A DNA stretch of 64,000 bases from positions 5,356-69,355 of the forward strand of contig LBWP01000006.1 of the NCBI GenBank assembly GCA_000993685.1, read 5' to 3'. A program made the translations under genes and the position numbers. The notes under the pieces are model-generated. The model saw only the letters and a list, made by a program, of their open reading frames with translations, did no database searches and was not told where the DNA came from. This DNA is from Candidatus Woesebacteria bacterium GW2011_GWA1_39_21 (lineage in GTDB: Bacteria; Patescibacteriota; Microgenomatia; UBA8517). Shown here piece by piece: positions 1-9,671 of the stretch (position 1 is its first letter; each line of letters begins with the position of its first letter).

Positions 1-1605
1 TTTGAAAAATATGACTTGTGGTTTGAAAGTTTAACCCCTCCTTTTTCATTTTCATTGCTTCCGATTTTGACGAAAAAACCGGTTGTGGCAATCGTGCACA
101 TGCTTTCAGGAAAAGATATGAGAAGAAAGTATCATCTACCCTTCGATGTGGTTCAAAATTTTGGTTTGAAGCTTTACAGGCATTTTATAGTTTTATCAAA
201 GAAATCAAGAGCTGACATATTGAAGGTTAATAAAACTGCCGATATTCGAGTTATTCCAAACGGTGTTGATATCCCCAAGAAAGTAGATATGAAAAAAGAA
301 AACACAATCATTTTTATCGGGAGAATTGAAATTAATCAAAAAGGGCTTGACCTTTTACTGCATGCGTGGAAAAAGGCAGAATTAAAAATAGATGCAAAAC
401 TGGTAATTGCGGGTTCAGGACAAAATGGCGAAGTTGAAAAACTTAAAAAGTTGATCAATGATTTGAAGCTAAATAAAAGTGTTAAATATGTTGGGAGGGT
501 AGAAAATAGAAGTAAGGACGCTCTCTTTAGAAAATCACTTTTTGTCGTTTCTCCCTCAAGATTTGAAACATTTGGGGTAACCGCATTAGAGGCGATGTCC
601 TATTCGCTTCCGTTTTTGTGTTTTGATATTGATGGGTACAAATGGATCCCAAAATCAAATTGTTTGAAGGTTAAGAAGTTTGACATTAAAAGTTTTTCTG
701 ACAGCATCATTAGACTTATAAGTAATGTAAATTACAGGAAAAGCCTTTCTAGTAAATCTAAAAAATTTGTTAAACAATATAAATGGTCAAACATTGTTCA
801 AAGATATCAAGATTATATCAACGGACTATTTAATAAGAATATTTATGACTCAAATAAAATTATCGATACAATTATTAAGAACAAGCGAAGATGTGTTTTT
901 GTCTCTCCACATTTTGATGATGCCGCTTTATCCGCTGGAGGATTTTTGACGAAGATCTCCGAAAATAAAAAGGTTGTTGTGATTAATGTTTTTACAAAGG
1001 GTAATTCTGGACCATACACACTTAGTGCAAGTAAATTTTTGCAACTTTCTGATGTGTACGATGCAAACTATTTGTATGAAAAGAGAGCGATTGAGGATCA
1101 GAAAGCTTTGAAGAAGAAGAATATTCAAATTATTAATCTAGGATTTGTTGACGCAACGTTCAGGACAATTAACACGAATATTTTTCGAAAAACAGTTGGT
1201 AAGATTATTCCTGAGATGAATTATGTTTACCCGATTTATCGATTAAATGTTTTACATGGAAAAATATCTATCAACGATAAGGTGCTGTTGGAAAATCTAG
1301 CAGTTCGGCTGTCCAAAATCATCAAAAATGATGACATTGTCTTTGCACCACTTGGGATTGGAGGACATGTTGACCACAGGATTGTTAACCAGATTGTAAG
1401 AAAACTCAAAAATACGAAAGTTTTTTGGCGAGATTTTCCCTACAGTTCTTATGTCTCAGAAGAAATTATTGGCAACAAAAGAGTTCTGATATATAACGGG
1501 GAGCAAAAAAGTAGAGAATTAATGATAAGAAAATATGTTACCCAAGTAAATAGTATGTTTCCAAGTGGTGAGATAGAGCTCACACCTGAAGTTTATTGTT
1601 TTTAA
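1..1605 (+). CDS. 5'-truncated (runs off window start) bifunctional protein: GT4-type glycosyltransferase domain fused to a C-terminal PIG-L/LmbE-family N-acetylglucosaminyl deacetylase
   Basis: Frame is open from nt 1, with no start codon in the window. N-terminal half has GT1/GT4 C-domain motifs (FIGRIEINQKGLDLLL, EXFG: FETFGVTALEAM). C-terminal half has PIG-L/LmbE motifs (VSPHFDDAALSAGG and GGHVDHRIV). Confidence 0.7.
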   Translation, partial: FEKYDLWFESLTPPFSFSLLPILTKKPVVAIVHMLSGKDMRRKYHLPFDVVQNFGLKLYRHFIVLSKKSRADILKVNKTADIRVIPNGVDIPKKVDMKKENTIIFIGRIEINQKGLDLLLHAWKKAELKIDAKLVIAGSGQNGEVEKLKKLINDLKLNKSVKYVGRVENRSKDALFRKSLFVVSPSRFETFGVTALEAMSYSLPFLCFDIDGYKWIPKSNCLKVKKFDIKSFSDSIIRLISNVNYRKSLSSKSKKFVKQYKWSNIVQRYQDYINGLFNKNIYDSNKIIDTIIKNKRRCVFVSPHFDDAALSAGGFLTKISENKKVVVINVFTKGNSGPYTLSASKFLQLSDVYDANYLYEKRAIEDQKALKKKNIQIINLGFVDATFRTINTNIFRKTVGKIIPEMNYVYPIYRLNVLHGKISINDKVLLENLAVRLSKIIKNDDIVFAPLGIGGHVDHRIVNQIVRKLKNTKVFWRDFPYSSYVSEEIIGNKRVLIYNGEQKSRELMIRKYVTQVNSMFPSGEIELTPEVYCF

Positions 1606-1614
1606 GATTGAAAT

Positions 1615-2193
1615 ATGAAATACAAGGAATTTGTCGGTAAATTTGTTTCATCCCTAAACCTAGTTAAGAGGGATTTGGTTTTATTATTTACAGGTCCAAT
1701 TGAGTATATATATACATTTACGATCTCTAACTCTGTAAAGGTTAAAATTGAACCCCATAACAATTCCACCGAAAAAGTTGGGTTTTATATCATAAACAAA
1801 TTAAAGAGTCTTAAGACAAAAATTTATTTGAAACAAATTGGTTCGACAGTTTTAAAAATTCCAGGTAATAACGACGTAGATTTTATTGCTTATCCTTATG
1901 ATGGTAACTTACACAACATTATTCCCAACATTACTAAGATTTTTGGATCACCTAAAAAAGTTAAAAAAGAATTTGTTCAGTGGGAATTCAAAATCAAAGA
2001 AGTTGAGTGTGCGTTACTTTTAGCTAAGAGAGGATGTAGATTATATAAACGAATCTCGGAAGATCAAATGCTACTACAAAGTAACCAGAATAACGTTCAT
2101 AAATATGTGAAGATGAAATTGGCCTCAGACGGTGTTTCGTTGAGGGAATATGAGAGAAGAAAAATATATTTTTTTTATCAACTTAGAAAGTAG
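1615..2193 (+). CDS. hypothetical protein
   Basis: 192-aa ORF in the intergenic slot between glycosylation genes; no motif recognised. Confidence 0.3.
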   Translation: MKYKEFVGKFVSSLNLVKRDLVLLFTGPIEYIYTFTISNSVKVKIEPHNNSTEKVGFYIINKLKSLKTKIYLKQIGSTVLKIPGNNDVDFIAYPYDGNLHNIIPNITKIFGSPKKVKKEFVQWEFKIKEVECALLLAKRGCRLYKRISEDQMLLQSNQNNVHKYVKMKLASDGVSLREYERRKIYFFYQLRK

Positions 2194-2198
2194 TTTAT

Positions 2199-3662
2199 AT
2201 GTCAAATCGATCCAACATCATAAAAATCAATGTATTGTTAATGGTGACATTTATAATTACGACTGTAGTATTGGGCATAATTGTAAAGGGCGTGGCGGGA
2301 AACCTGTCTGCAAACGATGTTTACAATCTTCAAGCGAGGACACAGCCTTTTGAGTTATCTCCGGAACGGGGTCGTTTTGCGATAGTACAATCGCTTTTCG
2401 AATATCGGCGATTAGATTTTCCAAAAGAAGTTGCTAGGTATGTGATTCCTGACCTGGCCTACCGGGACGGTAAATTTGTTACACTGTTTCCACCAGGTGT
2501 GTCTTTTATTTCCTCACCACTTTACTATCTTGGAAAACAGTTTAATTACTCACAGTATTTTTCTTTTCTTACCGTTTCGATATTTGCCATCATCAACGTA
2601 TTTTTAATTTTCAAAATTGTGGCTTTGTTAACCTCTAACAAATATGCTGGGATTCTGGCAGGTTTAATATTTTTATTTTCAACAACAGCTCTTCCTTATG
2701 CTATAACACTGTACCAGCACCATTTTACAACGTTTTTTATTTTGTTGTCTTTGTTTTTATTTCTGAAAAAAAAATCGATAACCAGTTTGCTACTTAGCTA
2801 TTTTAAATTTATAGATATAAAGGTTGGAAAGAAGATAATTGTAAAGCTCAGTTACTCAATCTTTGTTGCTTTTTTGGCGTTTGTTGTGGGGATAATTCCA
2901 AATCTTGCCTTTAGTAAATATGTTTATGGAAATATGTTTCAGCTTGCAGGTACAGTTCGGGGTGTCAAAAATGTGCAGGTTCTTGAACCCGACATTGAAG
3001 CGGCACGCTCAAACAGCGAGCAGGCTGTAGATTCGAATAAATCCTTATCAAATTTTTTTCAAATGTCCAATGTTGCTAACGGATTTCAGGTCTTGATTGC
3101 TTCATCGGAGAGGGGATTTGTTTTTTATGCACCGGTTATGTTGTTGTCAATTTTCGTAATTTTTGTTTTTTCTAAATCAAGTGATGATAACAAAAAGACG
3201 ATTCGATTAGTATTTGTTGTTCAGTTATTAATTTTAATTTTGTACTTAATGTGGGGTGACCCATGGGGCGGTTGGGCATTTGGACCAAGGTACCTTATTC
3301 CCCTTTTTTCCTGTAACTCGATTCTATTAGGGGTTGTTTTGAATAAATATGGGAAAAACCTATTAATGTTGGCTCTATTTTCTGTTTTATTCATTTACGG
3401 CCTAGCTGTTAATACCGCCGGGGCATTGACAACAAACGCCCTGGCCCCTTCAAAGGAGGTCGAATCAGCATCACTTCCAAAAGTTCAGTACATGTTTAAT
3501 TTTCAGATGATAAGTGACAACCATTCATCTTCCTTTGTTTACAACAACCTATTAAATCAATATTTTGATTTGAAGACATTCTTTTTTCTTATCATTTCCG
3601 TTGTTAGCGTTTTGTATCTAATTAACTTGATTTTATTGTATAGGAGTGAATATGAAAATTAG
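2199..3662 (+). CDS. GT-C fold membrane glycosyltransferase, ArnT/PMT-like (GT39/GT83-type)
   Basis: Multi-pass membrane protein. First-loop pattern ERGRFAIV...YRDGKFVTLFPPGVSF..YYLG resembles the ArnT/PMT DE-x-R-Y-A ... KPPLxYW arrangement. Confidence 0.55.
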   Translation: MSNRSNIIKINVLLMVTFIITTVVLGIIVKGVAGNLSANDVYNLQARTQPFELSPERGRFAIVQSLFEYRRLDFPKEVARYVIPDLAYRDGKFVTLFPPGVSFISSPLYYLGKQFNYSQYFSFLTVSIFAIINVFLIFKIVALLTSNKYAGILAGLIFLFSTTALPYAITLYQHHFTTFFILLSLFLFLKKKSITSLLLSYFKFIDIKVGKKIIVKLSYSIFVAFLAFVVGIIPNLAFSKYVYGNMFQLAGTVRGVKNVQVLEPDIEAARSNSEQAVDSNKSLSNFFQMSNVANGFQVLIASSERGFVFYAPVMLLSIFVIFVFSKSSDDNKKTIRLVFVVQLLILILYLMWGDPWGGWAFGPRYLIPLFSCNSILLGVVLNKYGKNLLMLALFSVLFIYGLAVNTAGALTTNALAPSKEVESASLPKVQYMFNFQMISDNHSSSFVYNNLLNQYFDLKTFFFLIISVVSVLYLINLILLYRSEYEN

Positions 3663-6357
3663 TTTTAAAAAGGAAGGTCTAAACATCGAACTGCCAAACT
3701 TTGCAAAAGTGGCTCCACAACTTGAAAAAAGTGCCGGAATTATTCTAATTGGCACACTAATTCTTTTGAGTCTTTTGGCTTTCGCCTATTTCTATTCAAA
3801 GGATTTAATTCTTTCATACAACGATTCTCGGGCTCACATGGATATGGCGCGACTAATTATCGACAACTTAAAACCTGGGTTTGCTCAACTTGGTGGAGTT
3901 TGGCTTCCGCTGCCACACCTTCTTATGCTTCCACTAGTTTGGAATGACTGGATGTGGCAAACAGGCCTTGCCGGGTCGGTATTTTCGATGTTTTTTTATG
4001 TCGTGTCCGGTATATATGTATCCAAATTATTGGCATTTGTTGTTAAGGATAAATTTTCTGTTGTTATTTGTACACTACTTTTTGCTTTAAATGTGAATTT
4101 GCTATATATGCAGTCGACACCGATGACGGAACTTACTTTACTTTCATTCTCTATTGCCGCTACTTATTATTTGTTGCGTTGGGTTCAAAGTGACAAACTC
4201 ACAGATTTCCTACTTCTTAGTCTGGCAGTTCTTTTGGCGACGTTAGTCAGATATGACGGATGGATGTTGTTTTTATTGACTGCTTTGAGTATCTTTATCA
4301 TTCGTCTACGAAAGGTATTAATTTCTTTAAAGGAAAAGCCTTTTTTTGTAAAAGTTAGAATTGCGTTAACTAACAGTAGTTTATGGGGTATTTTGTTAAT
4401 GTATGGACTTTTGGCTGGTTTGGGAATTGCTCTATGGGTTTTATGGAACTGGGCGATTTTTAAAGATCCTCTGTTTTTTTTAACTGGACCGTATTCTGCG
4501 AAAGCTCAACAAGCGGTGATTAGTGGGGCGGGAAAACTTTTTACAGAAGGAAACATTTTACTTTCCGTCTCCGCTTACTGGTGGGCAATGGCCGATAATG
4601 TAGGTTTGTTTGTTTTTTTATCCGCACTGATAGGTTTTTTAATTGCAATTAAAGAGGATAAATTTAACGATACATTTGTTGTACTACTGACACTTCTTGC
4701 ACCGATTTTCTTCCACATATCATCTCTTTATGGTGGTAATTCAGTGCTTGTACTTCCTGAATTGAAAATTAATGTTACAGAAGGACTTAAAGGAACATTA
4801 TTTAATGCGCGATACGGTTTAATGATTTTGCCAGCTGTTTCAGTATTTACCGCGTATTTAATCAAAAAGGGAAATTTTATTAGGTGGCTGGTTTTAGTTC
4901 TTATTCTCTTTAGCTATCTGATGATGGCAAAGGAGGCGTATGTGATTGACTTGATCGATGGGCAAATGGGGTCAAGTTCGCTAAGGGTTGGTGATGTAAG
5001 CACCTGGCTAAAAGAAAATGCACCCGGCAAAGGTCTGATACTTACCGCACTTTCATACAATAACGCACTTGCATTTAGTACGGGTTTTGATTTAAAAAGA
5101 TTTATTCACGAGGGCACAGGAAAATACTGGCAATCTGCTTTGGAAAATCCACAGGAGTATTCGCAGTGGATTGTTATGGCCAATGGTGACGTCGGAGATC
5201 CTGTTTACAACGCTTTAATAAAAAACAACCATTCAAACTTTCTAAAATATTACGATCTTTCGCAAAAATTTGATTTTTTGAATGTATATAAAAGAAAAGA
5301 AGTCCCGAAAAACTTTGTCTACATCCATGACGAACAGTTTAAGGTTGACGATGCAAACCTTAGATTTATTGGGGTAAATTCTTACGATTTGATTTACCGT
5401 TCAACAGGTGAGATAGCCTCCACACTTTCATCTGCAAAAGCCAGTGGATTTGAAGTTGTTCGTCTCTGGGTTTTTGGCGAAGGTGACTTTAATGTGCTGC
5501 AACCAAAGCCGGGAGAATACAATGAAGCCTTGCTTGATAATCTGGATTATATCTTAGCAACGGCGGGAAAACTTAACATGAATGTTATCTTAACACTATC
5601 AAATTACTGGGAAGCTTACGGTGGTGTAAGGCAATATTTGAAATGGGTTGATTTACCTAATGACAAACCATCGGATTTGGATAGATTTTTTACCGACAGT
5701 CGTGTCAGAACGATTTACAAAAATTATGTCAATGCAATTGTACTTAGGAAAAATACTTTGACGGAGATTAACTATAGAGACGACCCAACCATTATGACGT
5801 GGGAACTTATGAATGAACCAAGAAGTTCATCGTTATCTACAGCGAACGTTGTCAACGATTGGTTTTCCGAAATGACAAGCCATATCAAATCTTTGGATAA
5901 ATATCACATCGTAACGACCGGGATAGAAGGACATTTTGACAACTTGTCCATAAATCCATACACAACGGGTCCGACAATAAATGATGTAAGTAATAATGTA
6001 AGTATTGATGTGTTGTCAGGGCATTTGTATTTGGACTATTTTGATCCATCAGTTAGTGCAAATAACTTCTCGATTGTTAACCTTTGGACAGCATTTGCAA
6101 AAAATGCAGGTATGCCGTTCTTTATTGAGGAAGTTGGTTTTTCAAAAAAACCTGATGATAATGGTGGAATTGATCGATATACTCTTTATGAAAACTTATT
6201 GGAGTCAGCAAGAAAAAACAATCTTCAGGGTTTAATTCTTTGGAATTGGGCTTTAAAGACTGATGACAGTTTTGGAATTTCGCCGCTTGATCCTGGTGAT
6301 GCGGAACTGATTCAGCTTTTCAAATCCTATTCTGAAAGGCTGAAAAACGATGTATAA
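3646..6357 (+). CDS. fusion protein: N-terminal ArnT/PMT-like GT-C membrane domain plus C-terminal glycoside hydrolase family 5 (mannanase/cellulase-like) domain
   Basis: N-terminal ~480 aa are polytopic with DSRAHMDMARLI...GGVWLPLPHLL (GT-C loop-1-like). C-terminal ~400 aa carry the GH5 acid/base motif WELMNEPR, a candidate nucleophile in FFIEEVGF, and the SGHLY motif. Confidence 0.7.
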   Translation: MNMKISFKKEGLNIELPNFAKVAPQLEKSAGIILIGTLILLSLLAFAYFYSKDLILSYNDSRAHMDMARLIIDNLKPGFAQLGGVWLPLPHLLMLPLVWNDWMWQTGLAGSVFSMFFYVVSGIYVSKLLAFVVKDKFSVVICTLLFALNVNLLYMQSTPMTELTLLSFSIAATYYLLRWVQSDKLTDFLLLSLAVLLATLVRYDGWMLFLLTALSIFIIRLRKVLISLKEKPFFVKVRIALTNSSLWGILLMYGLLAGLGIALWVLWNWAIFKDPLFFLTGPYSAKAQQAVISGAGKLFTEGNILLSVSAYWWAMADNVGLFVFLSALIGFLIAIKEDKFNDTFVVLLTLLAPIFFHISSLYGGNSVLVLPELKINVTEGLKGTLFNARYGLMILPAVSVFTAYLIKKGNFIRWLVLVLILFSYLMMAKEAYVIDLIDGQMGSSSLRVGDVSTWLKENAPGKGLILTALSYNNALAFSTGFDLKRFIHEGTGKYWQSALENPQEYSQWIVMANGDVGDPVYNALIKNNHSNFLKYYDLSQKFDFLNVYKRKEVPKNFVYIHDEQFKVDDANLRFIGVNSYDLIYRSTGEIASTLSSAKASGFEVVRLWVFGEGDFNVLQPKPGEYNEALLDNLDYILATAGKLNMNVILTLSNYWEAYGGVRQYLKWVDLPNDKPSDLDRFFTDSRVRTIYKNYVNAIVLRKNTLTEINYRDDPTIMTWELMNEPRSSSLSTANVVNDWFSEMTSHIKSLDKYHIVTTGIEGHFDNLSINPYTTGPTINDVSNNVSIDVLSGHLYLDYFDPSVSANNFSIVNLWTAFAKNAGMPFFIEEVGFSKKPDDNGGIDRYTLYENLLESARKNNLQGLILWNWALKTDDSFGISPLDPGDAELIQLFKSYSERLKNDV

Positions 6358-6368
6358 TATTTATCCAA

Positions 6369-7205
6369 ATGAAAGTTTCTCTCGTTGTCACGGTTCTTAA
6401 TGAGGAACCTTCTATTGCAGCACTTCTCGAATCGCTTATTTCCCAAACAAGGCAACCGGATGAGATCGTCATTGTCGACGGAGGGTCAAACGACAAAACA
6501 GTTAATATTATTAAAAGTTATCAGAAAGTCATTAAAGGCCTGAAACTTTTGGAGTTCAAAACGACACGATCTGAGGCGAGAAATATCGGAATCCGCTCTT
6601 CAAGCGGTGATGTAATTGTCACGACCGACGCCGGATGTGTTGCGGAAAAACACTGGATTAAAAAAATCACCCAGCCTTTTACTGATTCGAAAATTGCAGC
6701 CAGATCTTTGGCTTTCCGCAAAATTTTGTGGGAAAAAGTTGGTGGGTTTCCAGAGGGGCTAAAAGACACAGCTGAAGATACGATGTTTAATTACAATATC
6801 ATAAAGGCAGGTGCAAAAATTGCCCGTGTAAAAGATGCCATTGTTTATTGGCAACTCCCTCTAACTTTGATCGAAGGCTTTAAAAAAATATTTTTGTATG
6901 CAAAGGGCGATGCACGCTCGGGAATTTGGTGGCATCCGACGAAAAAATTTTCGACGCATAACATCAAAATTGCCTTTATTTACCTGCGTTACATTTTCGC
7001 CCTCTACTTTATTTTATTTATTCCCCTTTTCCCCGTTTTGAAACTGCCTTTCGTTTTGGGAGTGGTCTTTTACATGTTCTGGGCGTTTAAAAAAGTTTAC
7101 ACGCGGACAAATGACTGTTTAGCAGGTCTGTCTGGAGTTGTTGTCCAGTTTGCTTCCGATATCGCCGTAATGTGTGGCTTTTTGTCAGGATTGATTACTA
7201 TATAG
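6369..7205 (+). CDS. family 2 glycosyltransferase with C-terminal transmembrane segment
   Basis: N-terminus VSLVVTVLNEE...DEIVIVDGGSNDKT is a typical GT2 start; C-terminus is hydrophobic. Confidence 0.65.
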   Translation: MKVSLVVTVLNEEPSIAALLESLISQTRQPDEIVIVDGGSNDKTVNIIKSYQKVIKGLKLLEFKTTRSEARNIGIRSSSGDVIVTTDAGCVAEKHWIKKITQPFTDSKIAARSLAFRKILWEKVGGFPEGLKDTAEDTMFNYNIIKAGAKIARVKDAIVYWQLPLTLIEGFKKIFLYAKGDARSGIWWHPTKKFSTHNIKIAFIYLRYIFALYFILFIPLFPVLKLPFVLGVVFYMFWAFKKVYTRTNDCLAGLSGVVVQFASDIAVMCGFLSGLITI

Positions 7206-7920
7206 ATCTTTTGAATCTTTGGTAAACTCCAAACAAGTACCAGTAAATATATTTAGGTAGCCATTTCATTAGCTTAAATTTCGATTTACCGTATTTTCTG
7301 TCGACCCAAAATGTTGGGACCTCTGTGACTTTAAATCCGGCAAAATATCCTTTGATCAAAAGCTCCTCCGCAAATTCAAAACCACCCCTCGATTCGATTT
7401 TAATACTTTTCAAAATTTCTTTTTTAAACATTTTATAAGAATAGGTCAGATCCGATGTAGGAATTCCAAGAAGATATGGTGTTGTTATTCCTGATAGCCG
7501 TGAAAGGACAGATTTAAGTGTGACTTTGGAAACAATTCGTCCGCCCTTGGAATATCTGGTTGGGCAAACGATATCGTAACCTTGTTCAATTTTTTCATAC
7601 ATCGAGTTTAAAGTTTTAGGGTCGTCTGTTCGGTCGGCAGCCATCATTACTAAAATTTCTCCGCGAGCGGTGTTGAAACCTTTCAGGGTTGCGTTGACTA
7701 CACCTTTTCCAAAATCGTTACGAACCAAACGGATGTTTCTGTGCCTTGAAACTAGTTTGCGTGCAACCGGTAAGGTGTTGTCCTTTTCATCATCATAGAC
7801 AATAATTAATTCAAATTTTGGCCGAACGACCTTACGGATTTTATCAACTGTCCAAGCAAGATTTTTCCTTTCATTTTTGACTGGTAGGATAATACTAATT
7901 TCTGGTTTTTGTTGATACAT
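7198..7920 (-). CDS. GT2 polyprenol-phosphate sugar synthase (DPM1/GtrB-like dolichyl/undecaprenyl-phosphate mannosyl- or glucosyl-transferase)
   Basis: ISIILPVKNERKNL...ELIIVYDDEKDNT...AADRTDDP matches the DPM1/GtrB GT2 pattern. Soluble, 240 aa. Confidence 0.75.
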   Translation of the reverse strand: MYQQKPEISIILPVKNERKNLAWTVDKIRKVVRPKFELIIVYDDEKDNTLPVARKLVSRHRNIRLVRNDFGKGVVNATLKGFNTARGEILVMMAADRTDDPKTLNSMYEKIEQGYDIVCPTRYSKGGRIVSKVTLKSVLSRLSGITTPYLLGIPTSDLTYSYKMFKKEILKSIKIESRGGFEFAEELLIKGYFAGFKVTEVPTFWVDRKYGKSKFKLMKWLPKYIYWYLFGVYQRFKRSI

Positions 7921-8012
7921 GGATACCTGTTAGTCTAACGCAAGTATTTGTGAAAAAAAAGAATACCATTTTTGTTTTGATGAAATAATCAAATTGTGTT
8001 ATACAAATAAAG

Positions 8013-8660
8013 ATGAAAAGTTTTTTGGAAGTACGCTTTGATGAAAGTGATTTTAAAAAACGGGAACTGATTTGGAGAGAATTAATTAAAGTCTGTTTTC
8101 AAAGATATGTCAAAAAGACTGACACTGTTTTGGATGTCGGCGCTGGTTTTTGTGAATTTATCAACAACGTTATATGTAGGAATAAAATTGCCATCGATTC
8201 TTCGAATTTAATAAAAAAGTATGCAGACTCTGATGTTATAAAAATTGTTAAGCCGTTTTCAAAGATTCCTAAAAAGTATTTTGGAAGGTTTGATGTAATT
8301 TTCATGAGCAACTTTCTCGAACACTTGGAAAAAAAACCGGATGTTGTGAAAACTATGCAATTGTCTAGGAAGTTGCTTAAGAGGCGGGGTACGTTGATTA
8401 TTGTCCAACCGAATATCGACTTGATTAAAGAAAAATATTGGGATCGGATTGACCACCATATCGCCCTAAATGGCAGAAGTGTTATTGAAGCCTTGAATAT
8501 TTCAGGATTTCAATTGAAGATTTTTGAAAAACGTTTTACACCAGCTACGATGCAATCTCATTTGCCAATTTCAGATTTTTTGATTAGGATGTACTTATCT
8601 TTGCCTTCTTTTGCACGGCCATTCGCTGGACAAAGCCTGTTTATTGCTAGTAAAAGATGA
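8013..8660 (+). CDS. class I SAM-dependent methyltransferase
   Basis: Motif I VLDVGAGFCEF. Sits inside the glycosylation locus. Confidence 0.6.
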   Translation: MKSFLEVRFDESDFKKRELIWRELIKVCFQRYVKKTDTVLDVGAGFCEFINNVICRNKIAIDSSNLIKKYADSDVIKIVKPFSKIPKKYFGRFDVIFMSNFLEHLEKKPDVVKTMQLSRKLLKRRGTLIIVQPNIDLIKEKYWDRIDHHIALNGRSVIEALNISGFQLKIFEKRFTPATMQSHLPISDFLIRMYLSLPSFARPFAGQSLFIASKR

Positions 8661-8700
8661 AGAAAATGCTATATAATAATCTGCTTTCTGCCCTTTAATA

Positions 8701-9666
8701 ATGAAAAGGAGTGAGAAAATATTAATAACTGGTGCAGGTGGTTTTATTGGTCACCACCTGGCACGGTATTTGAAAATGAGGGGCTATTTTGTGCGTGGTG
8801 TAGATATCGAGTATCCTCAATTTTCAACACTAGACGATTTTAGCCAGTTTAAGCTTTTAGACATTCGAAGTTTCAGGAATTGCATGGAGGCTATGCAAGA
8901 TATAGATAAAGTTTATGCATTGGCCGCACTTAACGGCAGTATCGAATATACGACAAAAGAAAAGGCGGTTTTGGTACGAGACAACACGACAATAAATCTG
9001 AATACTGCCGAAGCGGCTGTTCGTTCTCACGTAAAGCGTTTATTTTATTCATCATCCGCTTGCGTGTATCCTGTTTGGAAACAGATGGAAGGAAACATTC
9101 AACCGCTGCGTGAAGAAGATTCATATCCAGCTCTGCCAGATAGCGAATACGGATGGGAGAAATTATATTCGGAGCGGATGTATAAATCTTACGAAACTGA
9201 TTTTGGTTTAGACGTTCGCATTGCAAGATTTTTCAATATTTACGGCCCTGAGTCTTTAATTGATACCTTAAAATCGAAGGCGCCAATGGCATTAACAAAA
9301 AAAGTCATTGAGGCAGGTAATGGTGGAACAGTCCAGATTTGGGGTGACGGACAGCAAGTCAGATCGTTTTGCCACGTTGATGATTGCTGCGAGGGGATTT
9401 ATTTGTTGATGAAATCTAATATTAATGAACCGGTAAATCTTGGTACATCTGATCACGTCAGCATTAACGAACTTGTCGATATGATAACAAAGATTGAGGG
9501 AATTAAAATCAAGAAGGAATACCAAATGGATAAAATTCAAGGCGTTCGGGCGAGACTTTGTGATTTTACGAAGGCGGAAAAACTTTTACGTTGGACACGC
9601 AAGGTAACTTTAGAAAAAGGTTTGAAAGAGATTAATATCTTTGTTCACAAACAGCTCGGGAAATAA
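8701..9666 (+). CDS. NAD-dependent sugar-nucleotide epimerase/dehydratase (extended SDR)
   Basis: Rossmann motif ILITGAGGFIGHHL; catalytic YxxxK (YGWEK); 321 aa. Confidence 0.8.
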   Translation: MKRSEKILITGAGGFIGHHLARYLKMRGYFVRGVDIEYPQFSTLDDFSQFKLLDIRSFRNCMEAMQDIDKVYALAALNGSIEYTTKEKAVLVRDNTTINLNTAEAAVRSHVKRLFYSSSACVYPVWKQMEGNIQPLREEDSYPALPDSEYGWEKLYSERMYKSYETDFGLDVRIARFFNIYGPESLIDTLKSKAPMALTKKVIEAGNGGTVQIWGDGQQVRSFCHVDDCCEGIYLLMKSNINEPVNLGTSDHVSINELVDMITKIEGIKIKKEYQMDKIQGVRARLCDFTKAEKLLRWTRKVTLEKGLKEINIFVHKQLGK

Positions 9667-9671
9667 GGTGA

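Noticed and set aside
6005-6235. Numerous 60-120 aa ORFs in the six-frame track lying inside or antisense to large well-supported genes. Examples are 767-949, 928-1128, 6005-6235, 6521-6769, 8099-8459, 8930-9540, 9711-10117, 35489-38070, 46188-47884 and 52235-54435.
   Set aside because: They overlap strongly supported CDSs, have no motifs, and have the composition expected of random frames in AT-rich DNA. I did not call them as genes.
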